A stretch of DNA of 64,000 nucleotides from Camelus dromedarius. Taxonomy: Eukaryota. This document shows positions 1 through 14,540 of the stretch, piece by piece (the stretch's first letter is position 1; each line of letters starts with the position of its first letter). The stretch covers positions 95,358,001 through 95,422,000 of the forward strand of contig NC_087437.1 of NCBI RefSeq assembly GCF_036321535.1, written 5' to 3'. The notes under the pieces are model-generated. The model saw nothing but the letters and a program-made list of their open reading frames with translations, did not search any database and had not been told where the DNA came from. The translations under genes were made by a program, and so were the position numbers.

Positions 1-434
1 CAGGGAAAACACAGAATATTATGATTATATGTAACTTGTGATAGGATCATTAGCGTATGAATTTTTAAACTGAGAAATATTTCTAAACAGTATCAAGTAG
101 TCTTTTAAGATTAGAAAGTGGAAAAACATTTTATTTCCTCATCTCCTTGATACCCTGACTTACCTTTAGATGTCTGTCACAGAACTTCCATGATGCCTCA
201 CATTTTTACATGAAGCATAGAAATTAATACCTAATATTATATACTAAGCTAAAAAGTGAACATATTATAAAAGATTGTGAGTTTTTTTTAGTATTCTACT
301 TTGTATAAACTAGAAAACTGTGGGATAAAGCCAGGTAGAATTTTTTGCATTTTTATCACATTTCATTCTTATAATTTTCTAACAAGTCAATAAAAAGATA
401 TGAATGATTGCATTTTTATTTATCATTTTAATAG

Positions 435-683
<249 letters not shown>

Positions 684-1027
684 TGATTACCATGCATTGC
701 AGTACTTTTGTTAGGCTTTTATTAACTTAATTGAAAAATTTCAATGTTAATAGTGACACTAATTATTAACTGTCTTGATGGTGAGCATTGTATTTTGCTA
801 ATAGAACCTGTTTAATCAGAACTGCTAAAAAACAAAATTCTCTAGTACTTGACTTGCTTTATTAGAGGCCTATATAAAAACATGCAAATATGAACATCGT
901 ATTACTCAATGACATAGATATATTTAATTATTCAGAACTAAAGTTCACGTATAAAGACTGAATTATTCTCAAGTTGCTAGTATTTACATTCATTTATCAA
1001 ATTTTATTTTGAACGATGGTTTGTAAA

Positions 1028-1138
1028 TAAGGTGAGAAATTTCTTGGTTTGCCCAGGACCTTTTGGGGTTAGCGTTTTATGCCTCATGTCCCTGGAAATC
1101 CCTCAGCCCTAGACAAAGCAGTATGTTTGGCTACCCTA
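1028..1138. mobile_element. MER81-like hAT-Blackjack MITE
   Basis: Degenerate TIRs taaggtga...ctacccta, ~110 bp, internal ggtttgcccaggac / ccctcagccct resembling MER81. Confidence 0.7.
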
Positions 1139-1601
1139 TAACTGGAAATTAAAAATTAATATTTACATAAAGGTAAATTTTACACATCATAAGTATACTC
1201 TTTAAAAATAACCAGAATTTTTCCTAAAATGTCTATTACTTTGATTACAATAAATTAAAGGATACAGTTAATATGATATCATGAATGATTAACATTTATC
1301 TTTACACTTTTGAACATTTTTAGGGAGACATGGGACTTGGGTTAGAGGATAGGAGAAAGGGAAATTGTCCTGGGATGTTTTGTGGTGAAAATCTGCATAA
1401 CTTTGGTTATGGAAAATTCACAGTAACAATAGTTTAGCAATATTGAGGAAAAACTTACATAGTTTGAAATTATTCAGACTTGGATGTACATCTTGAAAAT
1501 ATATGCATATGTTGATATAAATTTTATATATGTTTTGCTTGACTTTAAATATTAAATGCTTGCTTGTTCTCTAATGTGTTCATAATACATCTATTTTTTA
1601 A

Positions 1602-1808
<207 letters not shown>

Positions 1809-2779
1809 TAAATTGTTCATGGATATTTGGCGCCATCTGCTGGTCTACGTAGCAGCATGTAAAATTATTTTTAAAATACTTTCCTATCTCTTCAGTAATT
1901 GTGGAATAATTCTTAAGCCATTTGAAAAAAAAATGTAAAAGACAGAATTTACCTGATAATAATATATAATATATAGGTACATATAATTTAACACAAACAA
2001 CAAATGTAAAAGCTAATAAAATAATCTCTTTTTTTCTTTCTTGAAAACAGCTTAAATACATTTTGCAGAATTAGTTTGCCCCATGGAATTATATCAGATA
2101 TGGTTTGCTTTCTTTCTTTTAATATATCTGGAATTTTACTACATTGGAAAAATTATTTTAGTGTGCTTGAAAAAAAATTTTTATAAACCTTATTTTCATC
2201 TCCAAACAAAATTTCATGTCTTAGAGGAAATTCAATTATAAGCTTCTATATATGTTTAAATGAATTTGTTTAAACATATGATTTATTGTCAAGTGATTTA
2301 ATCCAGTGATTCTAAATAATTCTTTTTACCTGTGAAGTAATCAACTCTTCACCATTGAATTTACATAGATTCATTTGGAGCAAATATTTTCAAGCATGCC
2401 AAAGTAAAACAAAAATTAATTTAGGGACATGAGATTTATCCTATTAATGAACTTATTTTATAGCACAGTCTTAATGAGCTATGATAAATTAATAATTGAT
2501 AGACTGAATTAGGAAAATCTCAATAGAGAGTAGATTTTATGTGTATTTTTTTAACACACAAACACACTACGTACCTGAAGACTTAACTGCAAAATATGTA
2601 TTTCTCTGGGCACTGCCTTATGTCCTCATTATTTTTCTAGTTACTAGCTATATTATGATAGTTGGTTGATTATCTTGTATATATGAAAATTTATACATAT
2701 CTATTGACATGAAAATGATGCTAAGAAGGTGAACACGTTTACCTTCTGCAGGCAATTACATGCTAACATCAATCACTTA

Positions 2780-2912
2780 TGGAATCATTTTCCAAATATA
2801 GGTGCCCAGCCACCATTCTCAGAGATTCAGATTCAGTAAGTTTAACAAGGCCCTTGCACGTATAGTTTGGTAGATCTTTCCGGGTGATTCTGATGTGTAC
2901 TTTTGGTTAAGG
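2780..2912. mobile_element. MER5-like hAT-Charlie fragment
   Basis: cagagattcagattcagtaag...ggtgattctgatgtg motifs typical of MER5. Confidence 0.6.
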
Positions 2913-4804
2913 CCCAAATAAAGGCCATAAGTGTACTTTTTAGTACCAAATTAATTTGTACAATAAGCAAATATACTGAGCTAAATTTTAGGTCTAACTT
3001 TTTATTTTAAAATGATTTTTAAAAACAAAGTAAAAAACTCTTAATTTGCGTACACTTCATTTAAAAGGACAACATTTTTAAAAAGTATTTAAAATACCGC
3101 CATAAATGCACTGTGGATATTTTAGGGTATTTGAAATTAGATCTTCTCCTACAGTTGAGTCATTAAAAGGCAAGAATCTCTACACTTTTAAGTGCTTTAT
3201 CATGTGTTTCAAGATTATTTCAATATTGGAATGTGACAGGATGCTATGGTTCAGTCCAGAAAAATAAACTGTTATAGAGAATTTTAAGGATATGAAATGA
3301 GGAGATGTCTCAGCTCTCAAGCAAAATCGTGTCATGTAAGCCTTTTTCCCTAAGAGTCAAAACTCATTTCTCTCTTAAAGAAATGCGAAAGGGTGGATTT
3401 CACTTAACTTCATGGTCAATTTAAAATAATAAAATGCCTTTCACAACCTCATTGACTGGTACAAAATCAGTTTGTGGCTTTGGTTCAGCTGTGTAATGTA
3501 ATTGAGGGAAAAAGAAAAATCACAAAGGACTCTTTATTTCCAAATGGTCAGATCCTGGTATAGAGACTGACCATTCATTGGTGTCATGCACTGAAATTAT
3601 ATTGAAATAATACTAACTTTCAAAGGAAAAAAGTTAAAGGTTTTTGCCCATGTGACACTGGGCAGTCTTAGATTTATTTTAAATCCCGTTTCTGTGACAG
3701 TTTAGACAATAGGCTGCTTGACACTAACCCTACGTCTTGCTGGAGGACATAGTAAAGCATATAGAGCATGTTTTACTACTCCGTGGGTCATTTTCTTACA
3801 GAAACTGAGTCCAGATACTGTCATGCATCATATCCAAGTTTTTCAACATGCAAAATATCACTCTATGATTAAATACTCCTCCAGTGAAATTTAAATTCAG
3901 GAATGATAACATCGCTTGGAAATCTTAATTTCCTGAAAATAATCTCTTATCACAAATATCATCATCAAGTTAGCAAGATATACAATAATTTTTGTATTAG
4001 AACATTTTCTTTCAAGTCAAATATGTATTGTTATTCTTCGTGATCTCACATATGTTATCAAAGACTAAGCAATAGTACCATTGAAATGCAAGATCAGAAT
4101 GCTAACTTTCTTTCATTGATAATAGTTCGACATACCATCGGTGGAATAAATCTTAAGATGATCCTTACTCCTTATGTTCAGTTTTATTTTTAAAAACCAT
4201 ATTGATGTCAAGATACTTCAGATTATTCAGAAGGGCTCTCTCTTTTTAAATCAACTGCTTCTTGGTTTTGACATAAATGCTGATGGGATTGTGACAGCAC
4301 CAGTAATTTTATCCCAGAAAACTGCTGAATTAAAGTACTAAACCCAGACTTACCTGCTCATTTTTGTTTTGTGATATCTGGTCAGGTAGTGTCCTGTCTA
4401 GCCCATAGTACGAATGCAAATACTGAATGATAATAGGTAAGCTATTGCTCTTTATCTGGATATATACAGCTTTTTTGCAAGTTCCTTTTTTTCCCCTGGC
4501 AATAATTTCTAGATTAAAAAAAAAAAAAACTGATGACAAGGACTGATAGGAACCAGGGTCTTTGAGCAAACATTTGTAGAATTACCTGATATAATTCTTT
4601 AAAAGTATGTAAGAAAGAAAGTCCAAGAGGTCTTTAAGGGACTACTAACACTCGGTTTGAAAGAGTCTTCGCACAACTAGACCCAGGGGAAAACGACTTT
4701 TGAAACTTCCTATATTAGGTTCGTAATAGGTCTGAATTCTGTCTAGGTCTAAAACCACAATACTATGTTGATCTTTATATTAATTTACATAATTTATCAG
4801 CTGA

Positions 4805-5113
<309 letters not shown>

Positions 5114-6029
5114 TGACAATAGAGCTGCAAAAATGATGGTGTTAGCTTTATTCTATCTAATATCACAACTAGATTTAAATTTATCCAAGCACACATTTTA
5201 AGCAAAAGACTGTCAGTATTCAGTGTCATCCTAATCTTATCCTATTGAATTTTTTCATCTATTTAACAAATACTGTTATTAATTGAGCACCAAGGATATT
5301 TCAGTGAACAAGAAAGACACAATCTGCGCCTTCGTGGAACTCACAGTGGTTTGAACTTTTTAAAAAAACACAACTTAAATGCAAAACTTAAACAAGGTTT
5401 TGGAAGTTTACAGCAGTATGCCATTTATAGCCACCATTTTTGCATCTATTTAAAATTGTATTGCTTTTTGTAACAAAAGATAGGTTGAGATATTAAAGAG
5501 CACTAGAATACGGTATATGCTGATTACTTAGAAAATTAAATACAACGTGTGCTTCAAAAGTGGTTAGATGAATAAAAACAAACCAAAAAACCTAGCAGAA
5601 GCCTTCATTACTACTGCACTTCACCATAGACAAAGTGGCATGGACATAAAATTCAGATTAGCAAATGGTTACCAGTAAAATCTGAAACAACAAAAAACTA
5701 GCATCAAAATTATAAACGGAAAGAGAAAAGGGTCAGATATTAGGAAGTGACAATTAAATTACAGAAGATACTGAGAGGTATAGTCAGCTTTGTTCCTTGC
5801 AGATCAGAAGTTAAGTGTTAGTAATATTTTATGCCAGTTGCTAAATTATGAAAAAGAATCAGAAATGAGTCTTTATATATCACAAATAAGCACATAGTAG
5901 TGTTGCATGTTGATAATATTGGTAATATCCTAGGAGTTATTTCAACACAAAATTAAGAAGCATTCCAATTTGAATAGAACTGTGTTGTTAGACATAATGA
6001 ACTTTGCATTCGGTTTGGAAAATGTCATT

Positions 6030-6360
6030 GATGTGCAACTGTTAAGACCGTGCTAGCTGCTGTAACAGGTACACTTGCAGAATTTCTGTAGTGAAACACA
6101 ATAAAGTCTGCCTAAAATCCAGTGGTTATCGACACTGAGGGTCACAGGCTGATGAGGCTTTCCTTCTTTAAGCATGGGGCTTCCAAAGGGGACCCTGGGC
6201 CAGCAAAAAGGAAGAAAAGAAACACATCATGTGTGGGAGGGTTCAAATGGTGCATGTCTGGAAATGGTGCACATCACTGCTTGTCCAGAACTCAGTCTTG
6301 TGATTCCAAACAAATATGGGAACACTGCAAAGTCAAGTCGCTGGCCAAGGAGCTACCTCC
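6030..6360. mobile_element. Old MaLR LTR fragment (MLT1J/K-like)
   Basis: ggaaatggtgcacatcact...ccagaactcagtc motif; explains spurious ORFs at 6122-6566. Confidence 0.45.
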
Positions 6361-8740
6361 CCATGACTCTATGCTGTGAGAGTACCATCCAGGCCTTCAG
6401 TGGAGAGCTTGCTACCTCAGCCACAACCAGGGGCTCGAATTTAATTTTTGGATTATCTTTAACATTTAGCCCTTTTTTCAACAATGATTATAAATACATG
6501 AATTTTAAACAAAAAAAATTGCTTTATTTCTGGTACATTTATGACAAAATTTTAAGCAATATATAAAACTATTTTTAAAAAGTGTTTGATGCATCTGCTA
6601 CAGTGTTATCTAAGGTATGGGGGAAGTCTAAACATAGATCTTTCTACTCAAATAGTTGTGAAAAGTCAGCATTAACTTATTAAAATTGAAATTAAAAGCT
6701 CCCTATGCACTGTCACGTCATTTACCTATTTTTTATAATATGTGACTTTTAGTGTTGGGTTTTCAAAGATGAATTGGAAAAAGGACCATGTGTAATTTTA
6801 TTTATTTAAGATTTAAATCATGGAATTTAAGGGTCAAACTGGGTTTTGTTTTTTTTTTTTGAAATTGTAAGTGTGTTCCAGTTTTCCATATCTGAATATA
6901 GCCTCAGCTGCAGTGAGACAAAGACTGAGATACAGAGGGGCTGTTTTAATTCATTAGTCACACCACACTTTATTCTGTTAAGTCCATCTGGTCGCCTGCA
7001 TGGAACCTCTCTTGGCTGTCTCCATAAAATCTGAAGCTACCCAACTTAACCTTGCACAAATAGCCATGAAATCTATAAACCTAGCAGATACAAAGGGTGT
7101 ATCAGAAATAAAGAATAGGTCGGCTTGGTGACTTTCAGAGGATGAAGTGCTCTTAGGATAACCATAGATGAAAGAGTCTGGAACATGAAATAAAACTTGC
7201 AGTCAACAAACAGTGGAAGGCAGGTGGCGGCGACTGCTTGTGAAAATAGATTTTTCAGCTTTGACCCTGCTTAGAATGAAACCTGGAATTCAGTTCAGGG
7301 AAAAAAGCAAATAAAAATCACACTCATACACGATGTGAGCAGCAGTTCAGCCCTTTTCCGTGGAAGGGGGTCCTGGTTTCCTAAGCCAGTGAATGCTGCT
7401 TGTTTTTCCTGCCAGTGTCTTGTCAGGATGCAGTATCATTTAATACGAAAAAATCACCTGTAGGAATTTTTCTGTTTGAGAAGTATTATTCATAAATATT
7501 GCGTTGTATCAGTTATTTTTCTGGGGGAAAGAAAAGAGTTTTTGGCTGGAAGAAATGTTTCTACATTAAAGCAGGCCGTGTTAGCAGAATATTTTCAGAC
7601 TCAAATGATTTCACAGTTGTAAGAAAGCACCCATCCTAATGAAGTGGGCAAACACTTTCTGGTTTGACCAGATGTTGTAGGGGAAGGACATTAAAACTGC
7701 AGACACCGATGAGGATTCTGCCCACTGGGCATCCCAGCGTTGGCAGCACTCAGTGCCAGCAAAGTAGGATATTGCTTTGACGATAGAAGAACGGCATCCA
7801 GACTTTCATAGACTTTGCAGACGACCCTTTGTGACTTGGTGAAATGGTGGGCTTGGAAAATGAACCTCTTAGTAGGTTTAAACAGAAATGTAAAATAAGT
7901 AAATTTTAATAGCCATAAATTCCATCAATTTTAAATTCTTGAATCAAAACAGCTAACAGGAGGAGTCAGGGGCCTTTTGGATCATTCATAACACTTGATA
8001 ATTCTTGTCCATACTTAATGATCTATTGCTGGCCATGGTTATTATTTTAAAAGAAAGATTTTTCATGTAGTTCTTTTAATTGTAACATTATCTTATTTTT
8101 AATTGACTTTTAATGATCCTGAATTTTTAAAGATCCTTCTGAACATACTGTCTAATAAGGTGTTTCTGAGGCAGTTAAGAGTCTTAGAATATACAAGAGC
8201 AGGAGAAGGGAGGCACACACAAATATGCACAATTTTTTTCAATATCTACCTTACAGAGGAAATGAAATTTTATTTCTTACCTTTTTTAGAACATATAATT
8301 GAGGTTTCCTATAGAAGTCTCAGAAAGTTTGTATCTTTTTCATACATAGTTTTCAGTACTGCTTATTTGTATACTTGTATTCAAGTATTTCATGTTTTAG
8401 AATTGAAATTTTGTATTTATCTCAGCACTGTCTTGAGAAGATTAACCTAAGCAACAAGCTGGAGTTAAAAAAAAAATAGAAATTGTGTGTTTTCCATGTT
8501 TTAAAATATATTCCATAAAAAATATATATTCTGTAAGATTTTCTTTGTTTTGAATTAAAATAAATAAAATGAATATAGTTTTGCAGAAAGTCTCATAAAC
8601 TGTTTAAATTCACAATGGTGGATGTTGCAGAATGAAAAGCAGAAATTACTCTCCAAAACTTAACAAATTAATGACGGCCATTATATGTATACCATACAAG
8701 GATATGTGTATCGCCACATCGAGGTTCGAACCCGAATTAA

Positions 8741-8983
<243 letters not shown>

Positions 8984-9785
8984 TAACTGCATTTACATAA
9001 CTCTTTATTTTAATCTGTGATTCTTGTGGTTCATGATTATACATATCCTCTATTAAATTACTTTAATATATAATGTTTTTCAAAAATGTTTTCATTTTAC
9101 TGTAATATCTACGTATAAACTTCCTCTTGAGTAGCGCTACTACAAATAGGGTTATCAGTTTCAGGCCCAGTTCCTTTAAAACATATTTCACCAAGGTAGG
9201 TCTGCACTTGGTTGTGACACCATTCCCTTGCTCTCTTAGGGAATTACTTTATTGCTTTATAATTTGGAGGAAAATTTTTAATCTCCTTGTCACAGGAATT
9301 ATAGGTCCAAGCTTTGGACTGTCATACAACTTTAAAGGGGGCTTTGTTGCCCTTTGTGAAGCTAGAGAGATTATTCATAAATAATTATATTTATGACTAC
9401 TTCTGATTATTTATAAAATATGAAGTGGATTGCTGAATAATATTCAGTTTGCAGAGAGAGGAAGTTTAATACTTTTTTGTTATATTTGAAGCTGAATTGA
9501 ATATGTATATTCTGTTAACTAGTGATGGCGATTTTGTTAAAAATGTGTTTACAGTATAGAAGAGAAAGTTTATTTGGCTGCAAATTATTTACAATTTTAT
9601 GGATGATCTGAATATGCTAAGGATTTTGCAGACACCTTTGCCACATGTTCTCAAAATCTGTAGATTTGTGGCTTTTATTTTTTTATTCGCTAATGAGATT
9701 ATTAACACTGTCAGACAGATAATCCTCCCACCCTTTCCTCCTCAAATATATTCATCAACTCTGGGCATGAGATCTGGGCTGTAGG

Positions 9786-9918
9786 CAGGGTGATTTTAAG
9801 TCCCAGTTTCCAGGCCACAGTCCCAATTTAGTTCTTGAATCCAACTAAATTATTTACAGTGCACCTTTTGCCCTCAAAATTGTCCTGGTTTTGGATGACA
9901 AATTATACATTCACCCTA
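9786..9918. mobile_element. MER94-like hAT-Blackjack MITE
   Basis: TIRs cagggtga...tcacccta, ~133 bp, internal tgtcctggttttggatgacaaattata. Confidence 0.7.
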
Positions 9919-12900
9919 GTTCTATACTTAAGCCTAAGACAACACTTTTGTTTTGCTGTAAAGCAAACTTAAAGAGGATGATCAGTAAACATGTTCCCAC
10001 TCCCGCCATCACCACCCTTTAAAAAAATTGTCTACATATTTCCTAAGTGAACATTTCCTACGTGGCTTGGCCAAGTCATGTCTCTGATCTGATTTGATAT
10101 GGACAAGTTGGAATTTGTTAGTGCTAGCTGGAACTTTTCTCAATGAAAAAAGTTCTATTGAATGTCCCTCTGCACTTGTAAAACAGTCCAGGACAGCAGT
10201 CTAAAATCTTTGTGCTCTTGGTCATAAGGGGTCTTGGCAAGAAAGAGTCAACACAAAGTCATGACCCACATTATAAAAATACATGACTGTGCCTCCTGCC
10301 TGTAACTCCCCAACAATCTCTTCTTGCACACATTTCCCTTAACGTTATCATTCTTAAATGTGTTTTTTTAGATAAGTTTTTTTCTATCTAAGGATGAAGC
10401 AAAATGTCAGTATCCCTGTCCCTGCATTTGAAATGGAAAATGAGGGCTGGGAGGTTACTGAGAAGAAAGCTGGTGCTAATTACATACACAATATAGAACA
10501 AAGTCAGACACATGTGTTACTATGTAAAACCTTTGACTGAAAAACAATGCTGAGAGGGGGTTTGTGGGTGTCTGTGTGCTATGGAGCTGGCAGCAGCGGG
10601 CTGTGGGGGGCTGTGTTTTGAATGAAGAAAAGTGATTAATTAACATCTAGCTGTAGAGTCTCGAATTCTCCAGGAATACTGTCATTTTTTTATTGCAGTG
10701 AAGCATGATAGCTGTGTAGTTGTAACAATTTAATGCTCTATGTTGTCTTGAAATCTAAATATATGACATGAAACCCTCTTCCCTCTTGGAATATTTTTCT
10801 TTTACTAATGTACTTTAAGCATGCTGGCAAATGCCTATGTGCTTTTTCTGCAAAACCTATGAAACTAATGTCATTGTCCTTTTAACTATCTTGTGTTGAA
10901 GCAGAAATCACAGAACATAATTACAAATGTAATTGGTGAGCATTTGATTCCACTTTCCTCACTTTACCTTGTCAACACTTTTTCAAAATTCTGTTTCTAT
11001 GCAATTTTCTAAAATGCATCCTGAAATCTTAAATTGTCAATGCCCCCAAACAATGCCAGTAATTCTAAGAAAAAAGGATTTGGAATAGTTTAAAGAGATA
11101 GATGTGAAAGAGCCTATTGACTTATAAGTCATCAAGCCCGAGTGTGACTTTGGGTAGTAGTGAGCATTTTTAACACTTCCCCACTTCATTTATCTGTAGG
11201 TTTGCCCTCTCCTAGACACGCAGTACCCCAGTCCATGTATGCACTATGTACATCCACATAGTGCACCAGCACCACTGGAAAAAAAGGAGTTTATTTTATT
11301 ATTGGAAGCTTTGAGAATTAAGTTACCCTTTGGTGTATGAGCTGTAAAAAAAATTGCATTTAGACTGATCTCTTTTCATCTCTTCTGCAATTCCTTAAAC
11401 TGGGGTTAGCAGTTGGCTAGAAGTACTGACAAGGACCTTTCATTTTTTTCCCCTGTGTCCTTGTAATTGTAAATTAGTGTGCAGGCACTCCATTCTTGCT
11501 TGAATTGCTTTACTTTCCAATGTATCTTTCTTTATTTTTTTATGAGGACTTGTTACTATGGCTCTGAATATTTGATTGTAGCTAAATTACATTGACTCTC
11601 TGAAAAGACATGACTGAAGGAAAACACAATAGAATTCTTAAGACAGAGAGTGCTGTGCAGCAGACGAAGCCCAGTGTATAAACTGGATCCCCAGCACTGA
11701 GGGGTTGGTTTTTGTTCTTCCTAGTACGCTGAGAGATAAAATGGTTGGGTAAGAAGTGACAGTTGTAAAGGATGCTACAGCGTTCTAGTTTGCAACCTCA
11801 GTGCTCTAATCCTAAAATAAATTTCTTGGAGACGTTCAAATGTGTAGTGGAAAATACATTTTTGGCAGCTTTTTGATCCACAAAAAGTAGTCAGGATTCT
11901 AGTTTGTGTCTATTAAGTGTTTCTTAAAAGCACATTTTTGTCTTCAAGAGAGTAATGTAGATTTCCTTGCTTTCTTTCCCAGGGTCATGTTTACTTTAAA
12001 TTAATGTGAAGAGTTTAGAAAAAAAAAAGTCAGCCTCCTCCCTTTATGAAGTGACATGGAAAGAGCTCTGGTGTTATCCAACACCTGGGAATGGAAGAGG
12101 ATAGGAAAAGGGGGGGAGGCAAGGCTGCAACTTTTGAGGTCTGCAGTTCCATTTCAGGCATTATTGATTAGATTAAGATTTATAACCGCAGAGAGTGAAG
12201 GTTTTCAGAGGGGCATTATTGTTCTATTGTTTAGCCTCTGGTATGGTATTTAAAAAAAAAAAAAAAAACGCTTAGCTTCTAGAAAGCTTCTAAATGTAAA
12301 CTATAATGGAGAAATTAAACTTTAAAACTGCCCGTTTTTCCTGTCCATTCACAATGTCTATGATGATAGACATGTAGCATTACACTGTTTGTGTAATAAG
12401 GTGTCAGGCATTTCTTGGCAGTGAAACAGTTCAATTTTATGCTTTTCTTTGTTCCAGTTCTTTCTTTCTTTCCTTCCTTTCTTTCTTTCTCTTCCTTTAT
12501 GTCTCTCTCTCTCCTCCCTCTTCTCTGTCTCCCACTCCCCCTCTTAATGATGTATACTAAAGTGTTCCTATTAGTCCTCTTTAATAAGCATTTACTTCCA
12601 GATTTCTAGATAAGGTTCAGGCGAGACCCTGATAATTCTTCTTTAAGAACCCATTATCCCGTGTTTGGAAATGATTAACAGTAGAGGATTCCTGTTTGCA
12701 CTAAACAGGACTAAATTGCACCAGACATTGACTAAAGCCATGAGCTGGATCTCTGTTAGTGAATGCAGGGGTCATACGCAGGCTAGCCCGGCGCAGTCTC
12801 ACACACCCCGCCCTGTCCCAGAACGTCAGACACTTCAGAGTGGTGCCCGCAGAGACAAGCTTCTTTTTTAACCTCCAGTTTGGTTTTATTCATATATCAA

Positions 12901-13034
12901 GAGTGTCAGAACTACTGGCTTAGTTATTTACATTTGTTTTATGTTCAGCTGTCTGCTTGATTTATACTAATGTGATATGTTCCCTTTCTCTCTTCAGCTT
13001 AATAACTGGTTTATATTTTGTTTTGATTTTTCAG

Positions 13035-13061
13035 TCCCGTCTTTTACCTTCACACCAACAG
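13035..13061 (+). CDS. ROBO1: ROBO1 27-nt alternatively spliced microexon (VPSFTFTPT)
   Basis: tttttcag|TCCCGTCTTTTACCTTCACACCAACAG|gtatat; symmetric phase 1; peptide present in long ROBO1 isoforms. Confidence 0.93.
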
Positions 13062-14497
13062 GTATATATTTGCGCTTACCCTCCTCCTTCCCTTTGTTAG
13101 TTTGGCATGTGTTATACTATCGTGGTTCTGTTTTTATTTCATTTTCTGCCGTAAGTTGGGGGAAAGGACTCAAAAGGGAAGACAGTGCTTCATTTACTCA
13201 CGCCAGGCATGCACTCGAGGTAGAAATGGCTGGTGTTGCTTGTCACCCCCACAATGCAGTCATCTATTCATGACTCCACATTGCATCTGAGCCTTGTCTG
13301 CATGTGTTCCATTAGATAGACACACTGTTTCTACCCTCAGCATGATTTAACATGCTAATGATCGTACTGATTATTTCAGACTTGGCAGTGCATTTTTTTT
13401 CCCTGAACTTAAGCTTTCAGGTTTTTCCAACAAAAATTTTTCTCCCTTGCAATTCTCTGTCCCCAGAATCAGCATTCTTAAAGGGAATCAAACGATCCAG
13501 CCCACTTGAAAATAAAACTTCATTTTCCCAAAGTCCGAATCCTAATGTTCTGTTCTATTCAGTTCCTTTCAAAGTGGGTCCTCTTCTTTCCCATTGCCTT
13601 TAGCAAAATATGTACCTGTAGCCTTGCCTCCTCGGTTTTAATCCAGTTGTTATAATCACTGGAAGCAGTTATCTCTCCTTAGCAGACTCCCAGTTTGGAG
13701 TTCTTCTAAGTAGCAGAGTTTGGCAGCTTTTAGAAATGTATTTCTTCTTAGAAAATGTGTCTGTATTTACAGAAAAGCTAATATTCTTAATCCCTTGCCT
13801 AACTACATGCAAATCATTTTTTTTGTTATGGCTAAATTTTTATGCCCATCATTTATTAAGCTGAGAATGCTCTCAAGAGCATTGTAATATATTTTCACCA
13901 TGTATACATACAAAATATATTTTCACCATGTCTGATGAAAATACAATGAGAAGGGTTTTCACGAGCCACAGTAAAAAAATAGGTCACATTAATTAATAAT
14001 CACAACTTAGCTTACATCTTAGTGTGTGGAGAGAGAGAAGGTTTATTTTAACATTTATCTTTTTCTTACTGGTACTCATACTTGTGGGAAAATGGTCTGG
14101 CAGGGTTTTGTTCCCCTAATTTAAGATTCCTCTTATATAATATCATGAAATTACATGATCTAATAATAAAATCAAAATGGAAATCTATGAGAATATGAAT
14201 GTACAAATGTGTAATTGTTATATTTAATACAAGTATACTGAAGTCTGCTTTTGCTTAATTCTCAACCTTGTTGGCACATTAAGAAAATAAGAAAAATACG
14301 TTTAAATCCATACCGTCTTAAAAAAAATACTAGTTGAATCAGAAATCTGCTACTTCCTGTGATGATTTTTGCAATGTTTCTCAGTAGAAAGGGAGAAGAC
14401 ATCCCATTTGAAAAATATGCTTATGAATGTCATAGCTTTTGATACATAAACACAAACATTATTAACTCATCCTTTTTCTTTTTCTGTAACATTCTAG

Positions 14498-14540
14498 TAA
14501 CGTATCAGAGAGGAGGCGAAGCTGTGAGCAGTGGAGGGAG
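14498..14540 (+). CDS. ROBO1: ROBO1 43-nt coding exon (VTYQRGGEAVSSGGR)
   Basis: ttctag acceptor, GAG|gtaatt donor; phase 1 to phase 2. Confidence 0.95.

Noticed and set aside
13886..13931. 18-nt direct repeat aatatattttcaccatgt (period 28)
   Set aside because: Only two copies; ordinary slippage duplication, not an array or CRISPR.
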